The notes under the pieces were generated by a model. That model did no database searches and was not told the DNA's origin. It saw only the letters and a program-made list of their open reading frames with translations. Source: an uncultured virus (IMG/VR IMGVR_UViG_3300033149_005651) (Duplodnaviria > Heunggongvirae > Uroviricota > Caudoviricetes). Taken from it: a stretch of 58,583 nucleotides of DNA. Shown in pieces: positions 30,184 through 39,363 of this stretch (position 1 is its first letter; the number at the start of each line of letters is the position of its first letter). The translations under genes were made by a program, and so were the position numbers. The stretch lies in IMG/VR virus record IMGVR_UViG_3300033149_005651. The stretch is one strand, 5' to 3'.

Positions 30184-30468
30184 ATGAATTGCGACGGATG
30201 TGGTGCGTGTTGCGCAAAAATGGGGACACCACCCTTTTTAGGACATGAAATCTTTGATTTACCAGAAGATTTGCGAGATGAAGTTCTAAAATTTTACAAT
30301 CAACTAGAAGGGTTGAAAAGAGAAGAAAATCGTATGCCATGTTATTGGTATGATACAACAACCAAAAAATGTAAGCATTATGATCATCGCCCGTGGGTTT
30401 GTAAAAACTTTATCGTCGGAAGCGAATCGTGTTTGCTTTGGCGATCACTCGACCCAATCAGCCAATAA
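30184..30468 (+). CDS. YkgJ-family (CxxCxxCC) cysteine cluster protein
   Basis: CDGCGACC...PC.WYD....C..YD.RP.VC..F. Confidence 0.85.
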   Translation: MNCDGCGACCAKMGTPPFLGHEIFDLPEDLRDEVLKFYNQLEGLKREENRMPCYWYDTTTKKCKHYDHRPWVCKNFIVGSESCLLWRSLDPISQ

Positions 30469-30591
30469 TCCCATCACCAACTACAACATTAATATCGCGA
30501 GATTTTGCCCATACTTTGACAGCATCAATTGATTGTGTTGAATAACATGATGCCTTAAAAACACCGATAGCAAGATCTTTATAATGTAACA

Positions 30592-31319
30592 TTAAATATT
30601 AAGATCTTCGGTTTGATCATTTTCCGGCTCAGATTCCGACTCAGGTTGGCTAAAATCAGCTTCATCAAATGCTGACATCTCACCAGCACTAATTTTTATT
30701 TGTGTATACTCCACGCATTTTGAAACAAATAAATAAACAACAAAAGGATTAAGTTGCAATATATCAAATTTTTCAGTTCCCGGAATTGACACACCCTGAC
30801 CCACGCCTTCATAATCAGAATCATTGATTCTATCACCATAAATATCATTACTCCTTTTACTCCTTTTACTCCTTTTACTCCTTTTACTCCTTTTACTCCT
30901 TTTACTCCTGTAAAAATTGTTAAGGCTATTTGACCAAGTACAGATAAAAAGCTAGAAATAAAACTACCAATTCCTTCTATTTGTACATCAGCTAGCATAG
31001 CTTGTTTTAATTCATCGTATGCTTTATTGATCGCATAAGTAAAGAAATCACCTCTTTTTTCACCCACATGTTCCCAAAAATCAAACATTGTTGACCACCA
31101 GTCTTTACATTCTGTGGTCATTTCACCACCATCTTCACCAATTAATGAAAAATCAGCCTCCATACCTTTTTTAGCATGCCGAAACATAAAAACAGAATTA
31201 TCACAAACCATTGCCATTTCATCACTATTGGCCAATTTTTCGCCAAGTTTAGATAATCTTCGCAATCTTTTAATTGCTTCTTTATTAACTGCTGTTTCAT
31301 TTATTGATGAAATTTTCAT
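30592..31319 (-). CDS. Hypothetical protein (MKISSINE leader) interrupted by an apparent -1 frameshift at a 9-bp repeat
   Basis: Frame 0 degrades after (GVK)n. The -1 frame continues as NDIYGDRINDSDYEGVGQGVSIPGTEKFD...EDLNI* to 30592. Confidence 0.5.
30848..30909. repeat. 9-bp tandem repeat, about 7 copies (AGGAGTAAA on minus)
   Basis: CTCCT at 30851, 30860, 30869, 30878, 30887, 30896 and 30905, with no mismatches. Confidence 0.97.
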
Positions 31320-31361
31320 AATGTATTTTTGTGGTAAAAATAATGAAATAGAAAGAATACC

Positions 31362-31700
31362 ATGATTATATTACTTCTTATCTTTTCCGCTACTGAAAAT
31401 GACTATTCTGATGTTTTAGCTAACCAATTAGATGGTCAAAGAGAAGTAAGACTATGGGATGATACTAGGGTAGATATTCTTACTGATGAATACGCCATAG
31501 AAGTTGATTGGGCATATAAATGGGCAGAAGCTATAGGACAATCATTATATTATGGGATTGTCACAGGAAAGAAACCAATGATTATTATCCTTATCAAGGA
31601 TAATACAAAAGATAAAAAATATATTTATCGATGCCAAACTATTTGTACTAAATATGGTATAAAATTAAAATCATATAAAATCCAGGAATTAATCCCATAA
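31362..31700 (+). CDS. Small PD-(D/E)xK-like phage protein
   Basis: E..L.D.TRVDILT...AIEVDW..KWAEAIGQSLYY. Confidence 0.55.
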   Translation: MIILLLIFSATENDYSDVLANQLDGQREVRLWDDTRVDILTDEYAIEVDWAYKWAEAIGQSLYYGIVTGKKPMIIILIKDNTKDKKYIYRCQTICTKYGIKLKSYKIQELIP

Positions 31701-31902
31701 AACCATATTCAAATATAGAATATGCGAGAGACTTGCAACCCTCTAAGAAGGTTATATCAGACATTGTTTCGCCATTTTATAAATCTAAGTTATTTAGAAA
31801 TAAGATGATCGCATTGTGACCAATTGATAGGTTTTCCCGATGGCATCTTTGCTTCCTCCATTCTTCAAACACATCCGTATGAAAGAAAGCAAAGACTTTG
31901 AG

Positions 31903-32970
31903 CTAACCTAATATTATGCGCCAACGTACTACGATCTCAAAATCCTCTGATTTCTTCACCGGAGTTTTGAGGATACGATGGCTAAAAATTCTAAAACCAT
32001 CACGTAGAATGGCGATCTCACCAGTAATTGCATTATTTTCAGAATCTACTGGAGTTCGGTCGAGCGTGATATCACGCCCACCAAGTGCTTTATCAATTAC
32101 TAGATAATATGGAGTTACTTGATCTAATATAGCATCAGCTGCTGCAGTTGATCCAGCTTGGATGATCTTAATTTGATCACCTTCTTTGATTAAATCAACC
32201 TCTGTTTCAGACGGATCAAGAGAAACAGTAGCTGTTCCGCTGGCTGAAGCAACAAATGCATCGCCGCCTGAATTGCCGGTTAAAAAGATATCTCTCGGGT
32301 CACATTCACAAGCACCAACCGAATCTACTTCTGCTGCACCAACAAGAGCTACTTCGGTTAATGTGAAAAAATCACTGGCTGTTACACCAAAACCATTATA
32401 CTCTTCTTTAAGTAATGTTGTTTCTAACACTATTACGTTATTAATCGCTCTGATATCTGATTGTAGCAAAGGAGATCCAGCTGGTTGATAACTTGGTTCA
32501 AAATAAATCCGCTCAATTCTTTTTATAGGTCTTGTTGGTTCAGAAATAGGAACTGCATTAATCAATCCGCCATCATATTCTGCACCGGCACCAAGACTAA
32601 CTGGCACAAATCCGCCAGTTATAGAATCTTCAGTGTAATATCGTGTATCGGCGGCATCTAATGGATTACCTTCACTATCAAATGATGCACCAAAAACGAT
32701 GTATTTTACTGCAAATTCCTCGATATCTATATTATGCGTAACCCATGCTCCTGCTCCACTATCCGCGTTTCTATCCCATACTTTTTCATATGGTAACCTA
32801 TGAGCAAGGATTTCTTTTGCAAAGATTTTGACAATATTTGGTTCTCTGATGCTTTCTATAGTTCGTCCATGAACATCTCTTATTTCAAATTCGATTTCAC
32901 CTTGATATGTTTGTGCAATACCTTTGGTGGTTCGACGTAATCCATATTGTTCTGGTAGTTTGATTTGCAT
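31903..32970 (-). CDS. Putative baseplate/tail structural protein
   Basis: N-terminal G...FEIRD..G......NIV and C-terminal LTEVAL...FSHR....V.KSEDFEIVVRWRI, typical of tail-fibre-anchor/baseplate proteins. Confidence 0.6.
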   Translation of the reverse strand: MQIKLPEQYGLRRTTKGIAQTYQGEIEFEIRDVHGRTIESIREPNIVKIFAKEILAHRLPYEKVWDRNADSGAGAWVTHNIDIEEFAVKYIVFGASFDSEGNPLDAADTRYYTEDSITGGFVPVSLGAGAEYDGGLINAVPISEPTRPIKRIERIYFEPSYQPAGSPLLQSDIRAINNVIVLETTLLKEEYNGFGVTASDFFTLTEVALVGAAEVDSVGACECDPRDIFLTGNSGGDAFVASASGTATVSLDPSETEVDLIKEGDQIKIIQAGSTAAADAILDQVTPYYLVIDKALGGRDITLDRTPVDSENNAITGEIAILRDGFRIFSHRILKTPVKKSEDFEIVVRWRIILG

Positions 32971-32980
32971 TTTCGTAACC

Positions 32981-33274
32981 TTATAAATCTACAAAATGCA
33001 CCTCATAGGTGCCATCATTTCGTTTTTGAATGTCATCAACGATAAATTTACCAGCTGCCATCGGTAGTTTGATTTCTTCTAAATCAATTTGTTTCACCAC
33101 AGCTTTTCGTATACCGTCTTCATCTAAAGCGATTTTAGAAATCTCTTCAGACGCTTGACATAACGTGTCGAATATTTCAAATTGAGATAGAATCACTGGC
33201 CTTAATTCGACTTGCGTCTCAGGCATCAAATGATGTGATTCTATTAATTTGTTCAGTTTGTCTTCTAATTTCAT
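32981..33274 (-). CDS. Hypothetical protein (MKLEDKLNKLIE leader)
   Basis: ATGA overlap with the upstream gene. Confidence 0.6.
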   Translation of the reverse strand: MKLEDKLNKLIESHHLMPETQVELRPVILSQFEIFDTLCQASEEISKIALDEDGIRKAVVKQIDLEEIKLPMAAGKFIVDDIQKRNDGTYEVHFVDL

Positions 33275-33903
33275 GGTACTAATACATTTGGCACATACCA
33301 TGTTTCGGCTGGGACTCGCCGCATTACAATGGTAAAATCATCACCATTATCAAGTTCGTCTCCACCGGCCAATACTACGGATGTGGGGTTTACAGTAGAA
33401 TCCAATTGTGCGTTTCGCGGATCTAGCAAAAGACCATTTTTATAAACATATGGTCTTGAATCGGGATATAAATATGATCGTAACGATGTTGGAATTGTTA
33501 TAAAAGTTATATTATTTGCTATTGATGATCCGCTGAATGATATTTCAGGTGCAAGACTACTTAATGATGCAGATACAGAATTAAACCAGTCAGAAAGTGT
33601 GGTAATATCACCTTCTGCGTCTTCTACTGCAATAACTTCAGAATATGATTTCCAGGTTCCACCAGACCTGATTTTAAGTTGATTTGTGTTTAGATCAAAC
33701 CAAGGAGTTCCTTCTCTATATTGTGTTGGTTCATCGGTCGATGATTGATGGGAAAGCAATCCTATTAAAAACATTCGCATATGATCATATCTAGCCTGTC
33801 CTCCCGGAGGCGGATAGTCATCATGATCTTGGCTTGCTATACCTACATCATTTATAAAATCGATTCTGGTTGCTGGGAATCGCACTCTGTTATCTGTAGG
33901 CAT
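33271..33903 (-). CDS. Putative virion structural protein
   Basis: EP...REG.PWFD....LKI fibre-type motif and VYKNGLL motif; AGGAG RBS. Confidence 0.55.
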   Translation of the reverse strand: MPTDNRVRFPATRIDFINDVGIASQDHDDYPPPGGQARYDHMRMFLIGLLSHQSSTDEPTQYREGTPWFDLNTNQLKIRSGGTWKSYSEVIAVEDAEGDITTLSDWFNSVSASLSSLAPEISFSGSSIANNITFITIPTSLRSYLYPDSRPYVYKNGLLLDPRNAQLDSTVNPTSVVLAGGDELDNGDDFTIVMRRVPAETWYVPNVLVP

Positions 33904-33936
33904 CGTTTTCTCCTATGCTATCTACGTTGTCTACTA

Positions 33937-35205
33937 TTACAGTAAACCAGAACGCCTTCTCATTTTACCAGCAGATAAAACCGGTTTTTGCTGTAACTCA
34001 GCGGTTGGTTTAGGTGCGACAGCTTGAGCAGCGGCTTGCGGGGCGGCTTGAGCTTGTGGATCAACTGGTGCGGCGGCTTGTGGATCGGTTTGCATTCCAG
34101 TATTCATCTGTTGAGCAACCGCACTCTCTTGATCTTGGGGAGATATCGCTTGAGCTATGTCTCTGATTGCACGCTCTTGATCTTTCAACTCATTTTGTTT
34201 TTGAGTTAAAGTCCCAGGAGCTTCACCTTTCGCGAAATCAAGCATATTCTTCAATTGATCTTCAAAATCATTTGGTTTTTCTAACGTTTCTGATGTAATT
34301 CTAGCGATTGGTTGTGGCGAACCAGTCGTCGCATTTTTAACATATAGGATAATTGCTAAGCCATCATCCGATTTTTTCCAATTGATACCCTGTTCTTTTA
34401 GCTTATCTTGTAATGGGCCGATACCCATTTGCTGACCAAGAACTTGAAGTGCACGAGCGAATTTTGCGAAAAGATCTCCTGGTTGAGCACCGGTTGCGGT
34501 TGCCATACCATCAAGTGCTTCAAACAATTGATTATCGAAATTACTTTGTGTTGATGTTGGTTTTAGACCAAGCGTAAGGCATATCTTATTTTCAAATCTG
34601 GTTTCAGGACCTTTAGAAACTCCTTTTTTTGTGCCTTTCGAACTTTGTGATTTGGTTTTTTTACCTAGATCTATTGCTCGTGGTGACGCACCATGTTCTA
34701 CACCACCGACGGTAACATCCGATGTAAGAGCTTGTCTATTTCGACTAGTTTGATTAGCTCTGGTCATTCCACCTGTTGCACTTTTTCGTTGGCTTTCAAC
34801 GATTTTTTTAGCAGATTGGAATAATTTAGTTTCTAATGTTTCAGGTTCTTCAGTTTCTGCAACAACTGAAACCGCCGCCGCTGCTACTCGTTCTTTAAAA
34901 TTCATTGGTTCTCGTTCCTCTCCAGCATCGGATAGGATTTTAGTTATGTCTGACTCAGAGATGGCTTGTAATGAAAACGACAAGATGTTGCCACCTCGCA
35001 CTTTTATCATTTCCATATGAATATCTTCATGGCCAACCATAGGTGAGATATGATCGATAAGACCAAGAAGTTTATTCCTATTCCTCTTGAATATCATCAC
35101 ACCTTGAAGATCAGTCTCATCTGCTACAATGTCATATGGTATATTATTTTTAACACACCATTCATCTACTGCTTCACAAATTTTCTGTAATTTTGAATTT
35201 ATCAT
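33937..35205 (-). CDS. Hypothetical protein, candidate head-internal protein
   Basis: KLQKICE leader, several (I/L)-x-E sites, Q/A/P-rich tail. Confidence 0.55.
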   Translation of the reverse strand: MINSKLQKICEAVDEWCVKNNIPYDIVADETDLQGVMIFKRNRNKLLGLIDHISPMVGHEDIHMEMIKVRGGNILSFSLQAISESDITKILSDAGEEREPMNFKERVAAAAVSVVAETEEPETLETKLFQSAKKIVESQRKSATGGMTRANQTSRNRQALTSDVTVGGVEHGASPRAIDLGKKTKSQSSKGTKKGVSKGPETRFENKICLTLGLKPTSTQSNFDNQLFEALDGMATATGAQPGDLFAKFARALQVLGQQMGIGPLQDKLKEQGINWKKSDDGLAIILYVKNATTGSPQPIARITSETLEKPNDFEDQLKNMLDFAKGEAPGTLTQKQNELKDQERAIRDIAQAISPQDQESAVAQQMNTGMQTDPQAAAPVDPQAQAAPQAAAQAVAPKPTAELQQKPVLSAGKMRRRSGLL

Positions 35206-35756
35206 GATAACCCCCTCGTTTTTCTTGACATTAAACGAGGACGACTACAGTTTTTCCAAGAAACTACATCAAGCTGATTTGCTCTTTTACCTTCGACCAT
35301 CACAACACCTTGACCCATTATATCTTCGCCAAGAATTTTATAATGATTAAAAAAATGATCAAATACAGCCGTAGCTAATATATTTGTATTTTGGTGTAAA
35401 ACAATAGCCGACGGGTTATTATCTATAAATTCGTTTAGAAATGTATCATCATCCGATGACAAAGCCCAAACACCATGTTTGATGTCTGGGCTAAAATTAA
35501 GATTAGTCGATTTATACCCAATTTTACACCCAGTATCATTAACACCTATATTAAGAGAAGGGTGTTTACGACGGGTATTAAGGGCAAGATCACCAGCCAT
35601 ACCCCTTTGGGATACGACTAATTGATTTTGAAGTTCGAAAACTAATTGCTTAGCGGAGTCTAATTTCTGTATAGTCTCCAAAGCAACCTCGATAGGATTT
35701 ATCCTTACCGAGGTGTCTTCAAACATTGCGTCAAGACGATTAGAAAGTAGTGACAT
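35202..35756 (-). CDS. Hypothetical protein
   Basis: GGAGG RBS; ATGA overlap with the next gene. Confidence 0.65.
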   Translation of the reverse strand: MSLLSNRLDAMFEDTSVRINPIEVALETIQKLDSAKQLVFELQNQLVVSQRGMAGDLALNTRRKHPSLNIGVNDTGCKIGYKSTNLNFSPDIKHGVWALSSDDDTFLNEFIDNNPSAIVLHQNTNILATAVFDHFFNHYKILGEDIMGQGVVMVEGKRANQLDVVSWKNCSRPRLMSRKTRGLS

Positions 35757-35808
35757 TGCTCCTCCATACAGACTCAGTTTATTTTTGAGTTGACAGAGGA
35801 GTAATAAA

Positions 35809-37119
35809 CTATCCTAAGTCTGGTACCCAAACCGGCTTAAATTTATTATCACCAGCAGGCGTCATAGCATAAGAAAAAGTATCATCATCTTGTTCAAGCT
35901 TTAATGTGCCACGAATTACATACGCATCATTATGTAATTCACCATATAATTCACCCTCAAGCTTAGGTGCTATTATCGGCCCAGGTCCTGGCCCAGGTCC
36001 CGGCCCAGTGCCCTCAAAACCTTTAACCCATGGAAGCCAAACATAATCACAACTTAATCTATTGATGACATCCGAAGCCCACCATACCCAAGCACCTGAT
36101 GGTTTAATACCCCACCAATCTGGCCAATACTTATCAGCAGTTTCTCCACGCCAACCAGAACCCCATGTCTGATTCATAATAACTGGATAATCGTTGTCGC
36201 GAGGAGTAACCCCAATCACATCCTTACAGAATTTGCGAAATTCATCGCTATCATCACATCCAACAGCGGATTGCATGTGAGGACCAACACGACCAATCGA
36301 AAACGGAGCACTACTACCACTAGTACGTGTACCAGAAGTATGAATAATAGCACCAGCAGCAAAAGCTTTCCGCATTTCCTTCACCCCGCCTTGGAATCTG
36401 GTAATAGCACCATCTTCGTAGGGGTGATGTTCTATAAGATAATCTTTTAGCCATCCAGGCTGACTACGACACCAAGTCCGTGCACATAATTTTTCGTTCT
36501 CATCATTATCCGTAAAATCAGTGCTATTACCATCAATATTATAAGGAATCCGGAATGCAGCACCTACTTTATAAGCAGCAGAAGCAATTCCACTACCATT
36601 CCATCCATCAGAACAATACCCACGGAACGCATATTTCCACCACGCGCTTGAATACTTCCATTGTTCATTGTATTTCGGCGTTATGGCACGAACACCGAAA
36701 AGAGCACATTCGTGCTCTGCACAAGAAGCATCTACACATGACCCATATTTCTGGTGCACATCATATGGAGCAACACCTTGCCTACCATTTTTCACCCAAC
36801 AATCAAGGGCATGTCGAAAATTAACTAAAACTTCTCCAGCACCATCTCCCTCCAAACGGGGAAGGACATCGCCAAAAAGTTTAGTTTTAGTCGGCACGTT
36901 TGAATGTACTGGTGAAGTAAATTCATCATCTAACCATTTAGCAGCGCGTCTTGCCCATTCCGGTTGGTCCTCTTCGTCGATGAATACACCGACAAAGCCA
37001 GATCCTGGAGAATAGATCGCTTCAATAATTGAAGTAGCGGTAGCTGCTGACGCATTTTGCAATGCTGCTTCAATTCTATTAGTCTCAGGAATCAAACCCG
37101 CTAAAAAATTGGTAGGCAT
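35809..37119 (-). CDS. Papain-like (C1/clan CA) cysteine peptidase
   Basis: Oxyanion Gln and catalytic Cys in QKYGSCV, His in PHMQSAVG, NQTWG..W.G; then a (GP)n linker and a C-terminal domain. Confidence 0.75.
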   Translation of the reverse strand: MPTNFLAGLIPETNRIEAALQNASAATATSIIEAIYSPGSGFVGVFIDEEDQPEWARRAAKWLDDEFTSPVHSNVPTKTKLFGDVLPRLEGDGAGEVLVNFRHALDCWVKNGRQGVAPYDVHQKYGSCVDASCAEHECALFGVRAITPKYNEQWKYSSAWWKYAFRGYCSDGWNGSGIASAAYKVGAAFRIPYNIDGNSTDFTDNDENEKLCARTWCRSQPGWLKDYLIEHHPYEDGAITRFQGGVKEMRKAFAAGAIIHTSGTRTSGSSAPFSIGRVGPHMQSAVGCDDSDEFRKFCKDVIGVTPRDNDYPVIMNQTWGSGWRGETADKYWPDWWGIKPSGAWVWWASDVINRLSCDYVWLPWVKGFEGTGPGPGPGPGPIIAPKLEGELYGELHNDAYVIRGTLKLEQDDDTFSYAMTPAGDNKFKPVWVPDLG

Positions 37120-37152
37120 GGCGCTAATCCTTAATAGTTAAACGTTTTCTAA

Positions 37153-37812
37153 TTACGGAATTAGTGCCAAAATTTCAAGAATCATCTTGATGATCTTGAT
37201 AATCATCGCAATATCGATTTGAGGAGTATCAAGCCCAGATGATGCATCAAGACCATCTGAAGCTTCATATAAAAGCTTAGCATAGTCAGCATCCTGACCA
37301 CCCTCTTGTACAACAGCTATCCATTGGTCATTGAGTGTAACTCTGACCTGTTGCCATTTTTCAGTAATATTACCTGGTTTTGGGTTTAGCAGAAAATCGC
37401 CACCATATTTCACAGCTAGTGCGATATGTGCCTGTCCAGAAATTTCACCATCTGTTACTTTATCAGCAATTGCTCGATATATTGCGGCAAGTTCTGCTGC
37501 TGTTTGTGCTCTATTTGGATCCCCTTGGACAATATCTGCTTCTCTTTTGATTTCAAGACCACGTACTGTTAAATCACCGGGTCCAGGCCCAGGTCCGGGA
37601 CCAGGGGCTTCACCAAGATGATAATCTGAAGTAACTGGTGCGACAGTTGCATTACCCGCATTGTCTACAGTTACTTCAATAATATACCTGCCAACAACTG
37701 TTTTGTTGTAGGTAATAACAATAGTTCCAGTATCGCCTTGAATTGCTTCATCGGCGACCACAGCTGAACACATAAGAGCTACACACAAACCCATAACCAA
37801 TTTGGTTTTCAT
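37153..37812 (-). CDS. Exported/membrane-associated Pro-rich protein
   Basis: Signal peptide MKTKLVMGLCVALMCSAVVA, PGPGPGPG linker, helical domain, amphipathic tail IAMIIKIIKMILEILALIP. Confidence 0.7.
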   Translation of the reverse strand: MKTKLVMGLCVALMCSAVVADEAIQGDTGTIVITYNKTVVGRYIIEVTVDNAGNATVAPVTSDYHLGEAPGPGPGPGPGDLTVRGLEIKREADIVQGDPNRAQTAAELAAIYRAIADKVTDGEISGQAHIALAVKYGGDFLLNPKPGNITEKWQQVRVTLNDQWIAVVQEGGQDADYAKLLYEASDGLDASSGLDTPQIDIAMIIKIIKMILEILALIP

Positions 37813-37840
37813 AAGAATCTCCCTAAGGTTATCGAAAAGG

Positions 37841-38263
37841 TCATCTACTATAATTTGGGTCAAACATTGCTGTCATTCCCATTTCATTGTGCCTATTATT
37901 AGGCAGATCTGGTTCATCGGGGAGAGAATTAGCAAATTGTGCTATCACGTCGGTTTCAGCACCGTCATCAACAACACCATCGAGTAAATCCATGACTTCA
38001 TCGACTTTATCGATCACTTCCCGAGCTTTATCGGCAGAACCTGCCTGAATTACCAATTCACGAGCTAAGTCTAAAACTTCTGATGATACACCGTCGCATT
38101 CATCATATTCTTCGTCTGGTATACCAGAATCCGGTGAATCGCCCGGCATCATGTCCATTGTTATTGACATATCGTCAAGACCACCCGCACCACCCATTGG
38201 AGCCATGCCGGGTAATTGAACATCTTCCATCAAGTTAAGAATTTTTTGAATGCTATGGTCCAT
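37841..38263 (-). CDS. Acidic hypothetical protein
   Basis: 140 aa; IQKILNLME leader; TAATG-coupled. Confidence 0.6.
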   Translation of the reverse strand: MDHSIQKILNLMEDVQLPGMAPMGGAGGLDDMSITMDMMPGDSPDSGIPDEEYDECDGVSSEVLDLARELVIQAGSADKAREVIDKVDEVMDLLDGVVDDGAETDVIAQFANSLPDEPDLPNNRHNEMGMTAMFDPNYSR

Positions 38264-39318
38264 TAATCGTCTTCCTCTGAATCGTCGGATTCTTCTGTGT
38301 CTTCGTCTGTATCTGTATCTTCTTCCGTGTCATCAGAATCGCTGAATCCACCGCCTTCGGGGAAGTCGCCTTCAGGACCATCTGGAAAACCACCATCGTC
38401 CAAATATTCAGGACCAGCACCAGCACCGGCATTATCTTCAACACCATCGTCCAAATCATCGCCCAAATCATCGTCCAAATATTCAGGACCAGCACCAGAA
38501 CCAAAAAAGCCACTACCTTCAGTATCATGCGGAATGCCGCCAGAATTCTCAGAACCAGCTTGGACAGGAATATCAAACTGATCCAAGAAATGCTGTAAAC
38601 CAGCTGATGCTCTGGTCATCCTTACATCTTCAGTGTTGTGCCATCCTTCATTTTCCGTGCCAATAATATAAGGTTGATCATTTTTAAGAATGATATACAA
38701 CGGCATGTGGGCAATATGCTGACTGAAATTAAACGCTGACAAATATCGACGTGATCCTGGTGATGGTCTATTAATTTTTATGGCGGAAAAAGACTTATTT
38801 CTTCCTATTTCTTCAAACCCTTGTGTATTTTCGCGACCAGGATGGCGACCACCCATAGGACCAGACTCTCGCATCTGGCGACCACGTGCCTTAGGTTTAG
38901 GCATTTTTGCTGGTCTTGGAGGATTAAACGGGTCACGTCGCTTTTCTTTTCGTCGAGAAGGTGCCTTACCGGGCTTAGGACGAGTACCTGGTTTGGTAGG
39001 GGTGGGAGCGATAGGAGCCATAGGACCAGCAGCAACACCACCAGTTCCCATTTCCTCAAGGACTCTAACAATATACCCACAACTCTCTGCAAGTTTTTTA
39101 ACAGCTAATCTGGGCGAACTAATTTCCATTAATTCATCAGCATCTTCAGTTATCACCGAAGCCATAGCAGAAATAGATTCTTTCTGAACTCTTGATTCAA
39201 GAGGATCATTATTTCTAAGACCAATCACTTTTAGACCAAATTGCCGATAAATTGTTTCGGCGAAAACTCTCGGATCGCCTAATGCTAAAATCCGAAGCGA
39301 TTGTAGATTATATGCCAT
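38263..39318 (-). CDS. Low-complexity hypothetical protein, candidate head-internal protein
   Basis: ITE/LEE/MRE sites, a Pro/basic segment and a very acidic tail. Confidence 0.6.
   Translation of the reverse strand: MAYNLQSLRILALGDPRVFAETIYRQFGLKVIGLRNNDPLESRVQKESISAMASVITEDADELMEISSPRLAVKKLAESCGYIVRVLEEMGTGGVAAGPMAPIAPTPTKPGTRPKPGKAPSRRKEKRRDPFNPPRPAKMPKPKARGRQMRESGPMGGRHPGRENTQGFEEIGRNKSFSAIKINRPSPGSRRYLSAFNFSQHIAHMPLYIILKNDQPYIIGTENEGWHNTEDVRMTRASAGLQHFLDQFDIPVQAGSENSGGIPHDTEGSGFFGSGAGPEYLDDDLGDDLDDGVEDNAGAGAGPEYLDDGGFPDGPEGDFPEGGGFSDSDDTEEDTDTDEDTEESDDSEEDD
38394..38498. repeat. Exact 30-bp direct repeat within a CDS
   Basis: catcgtccaaatattcaggaccagcaccag at 38394-38423 and 38469-38498 (encodes GAGPEYLDD twice). 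Confidence 0.9.
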
Positions 39319-39363
39319 GGTAGCTCCAATATTTAAGATACTCACCATATATTTGATAAACAA

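Noticed and set aside
30848..30909. Collagen-like (G-X-Y)n domain
   Set aside because: Only 6-7 identical GVK triplets from an exact DNA repeat with no synonymous variation.
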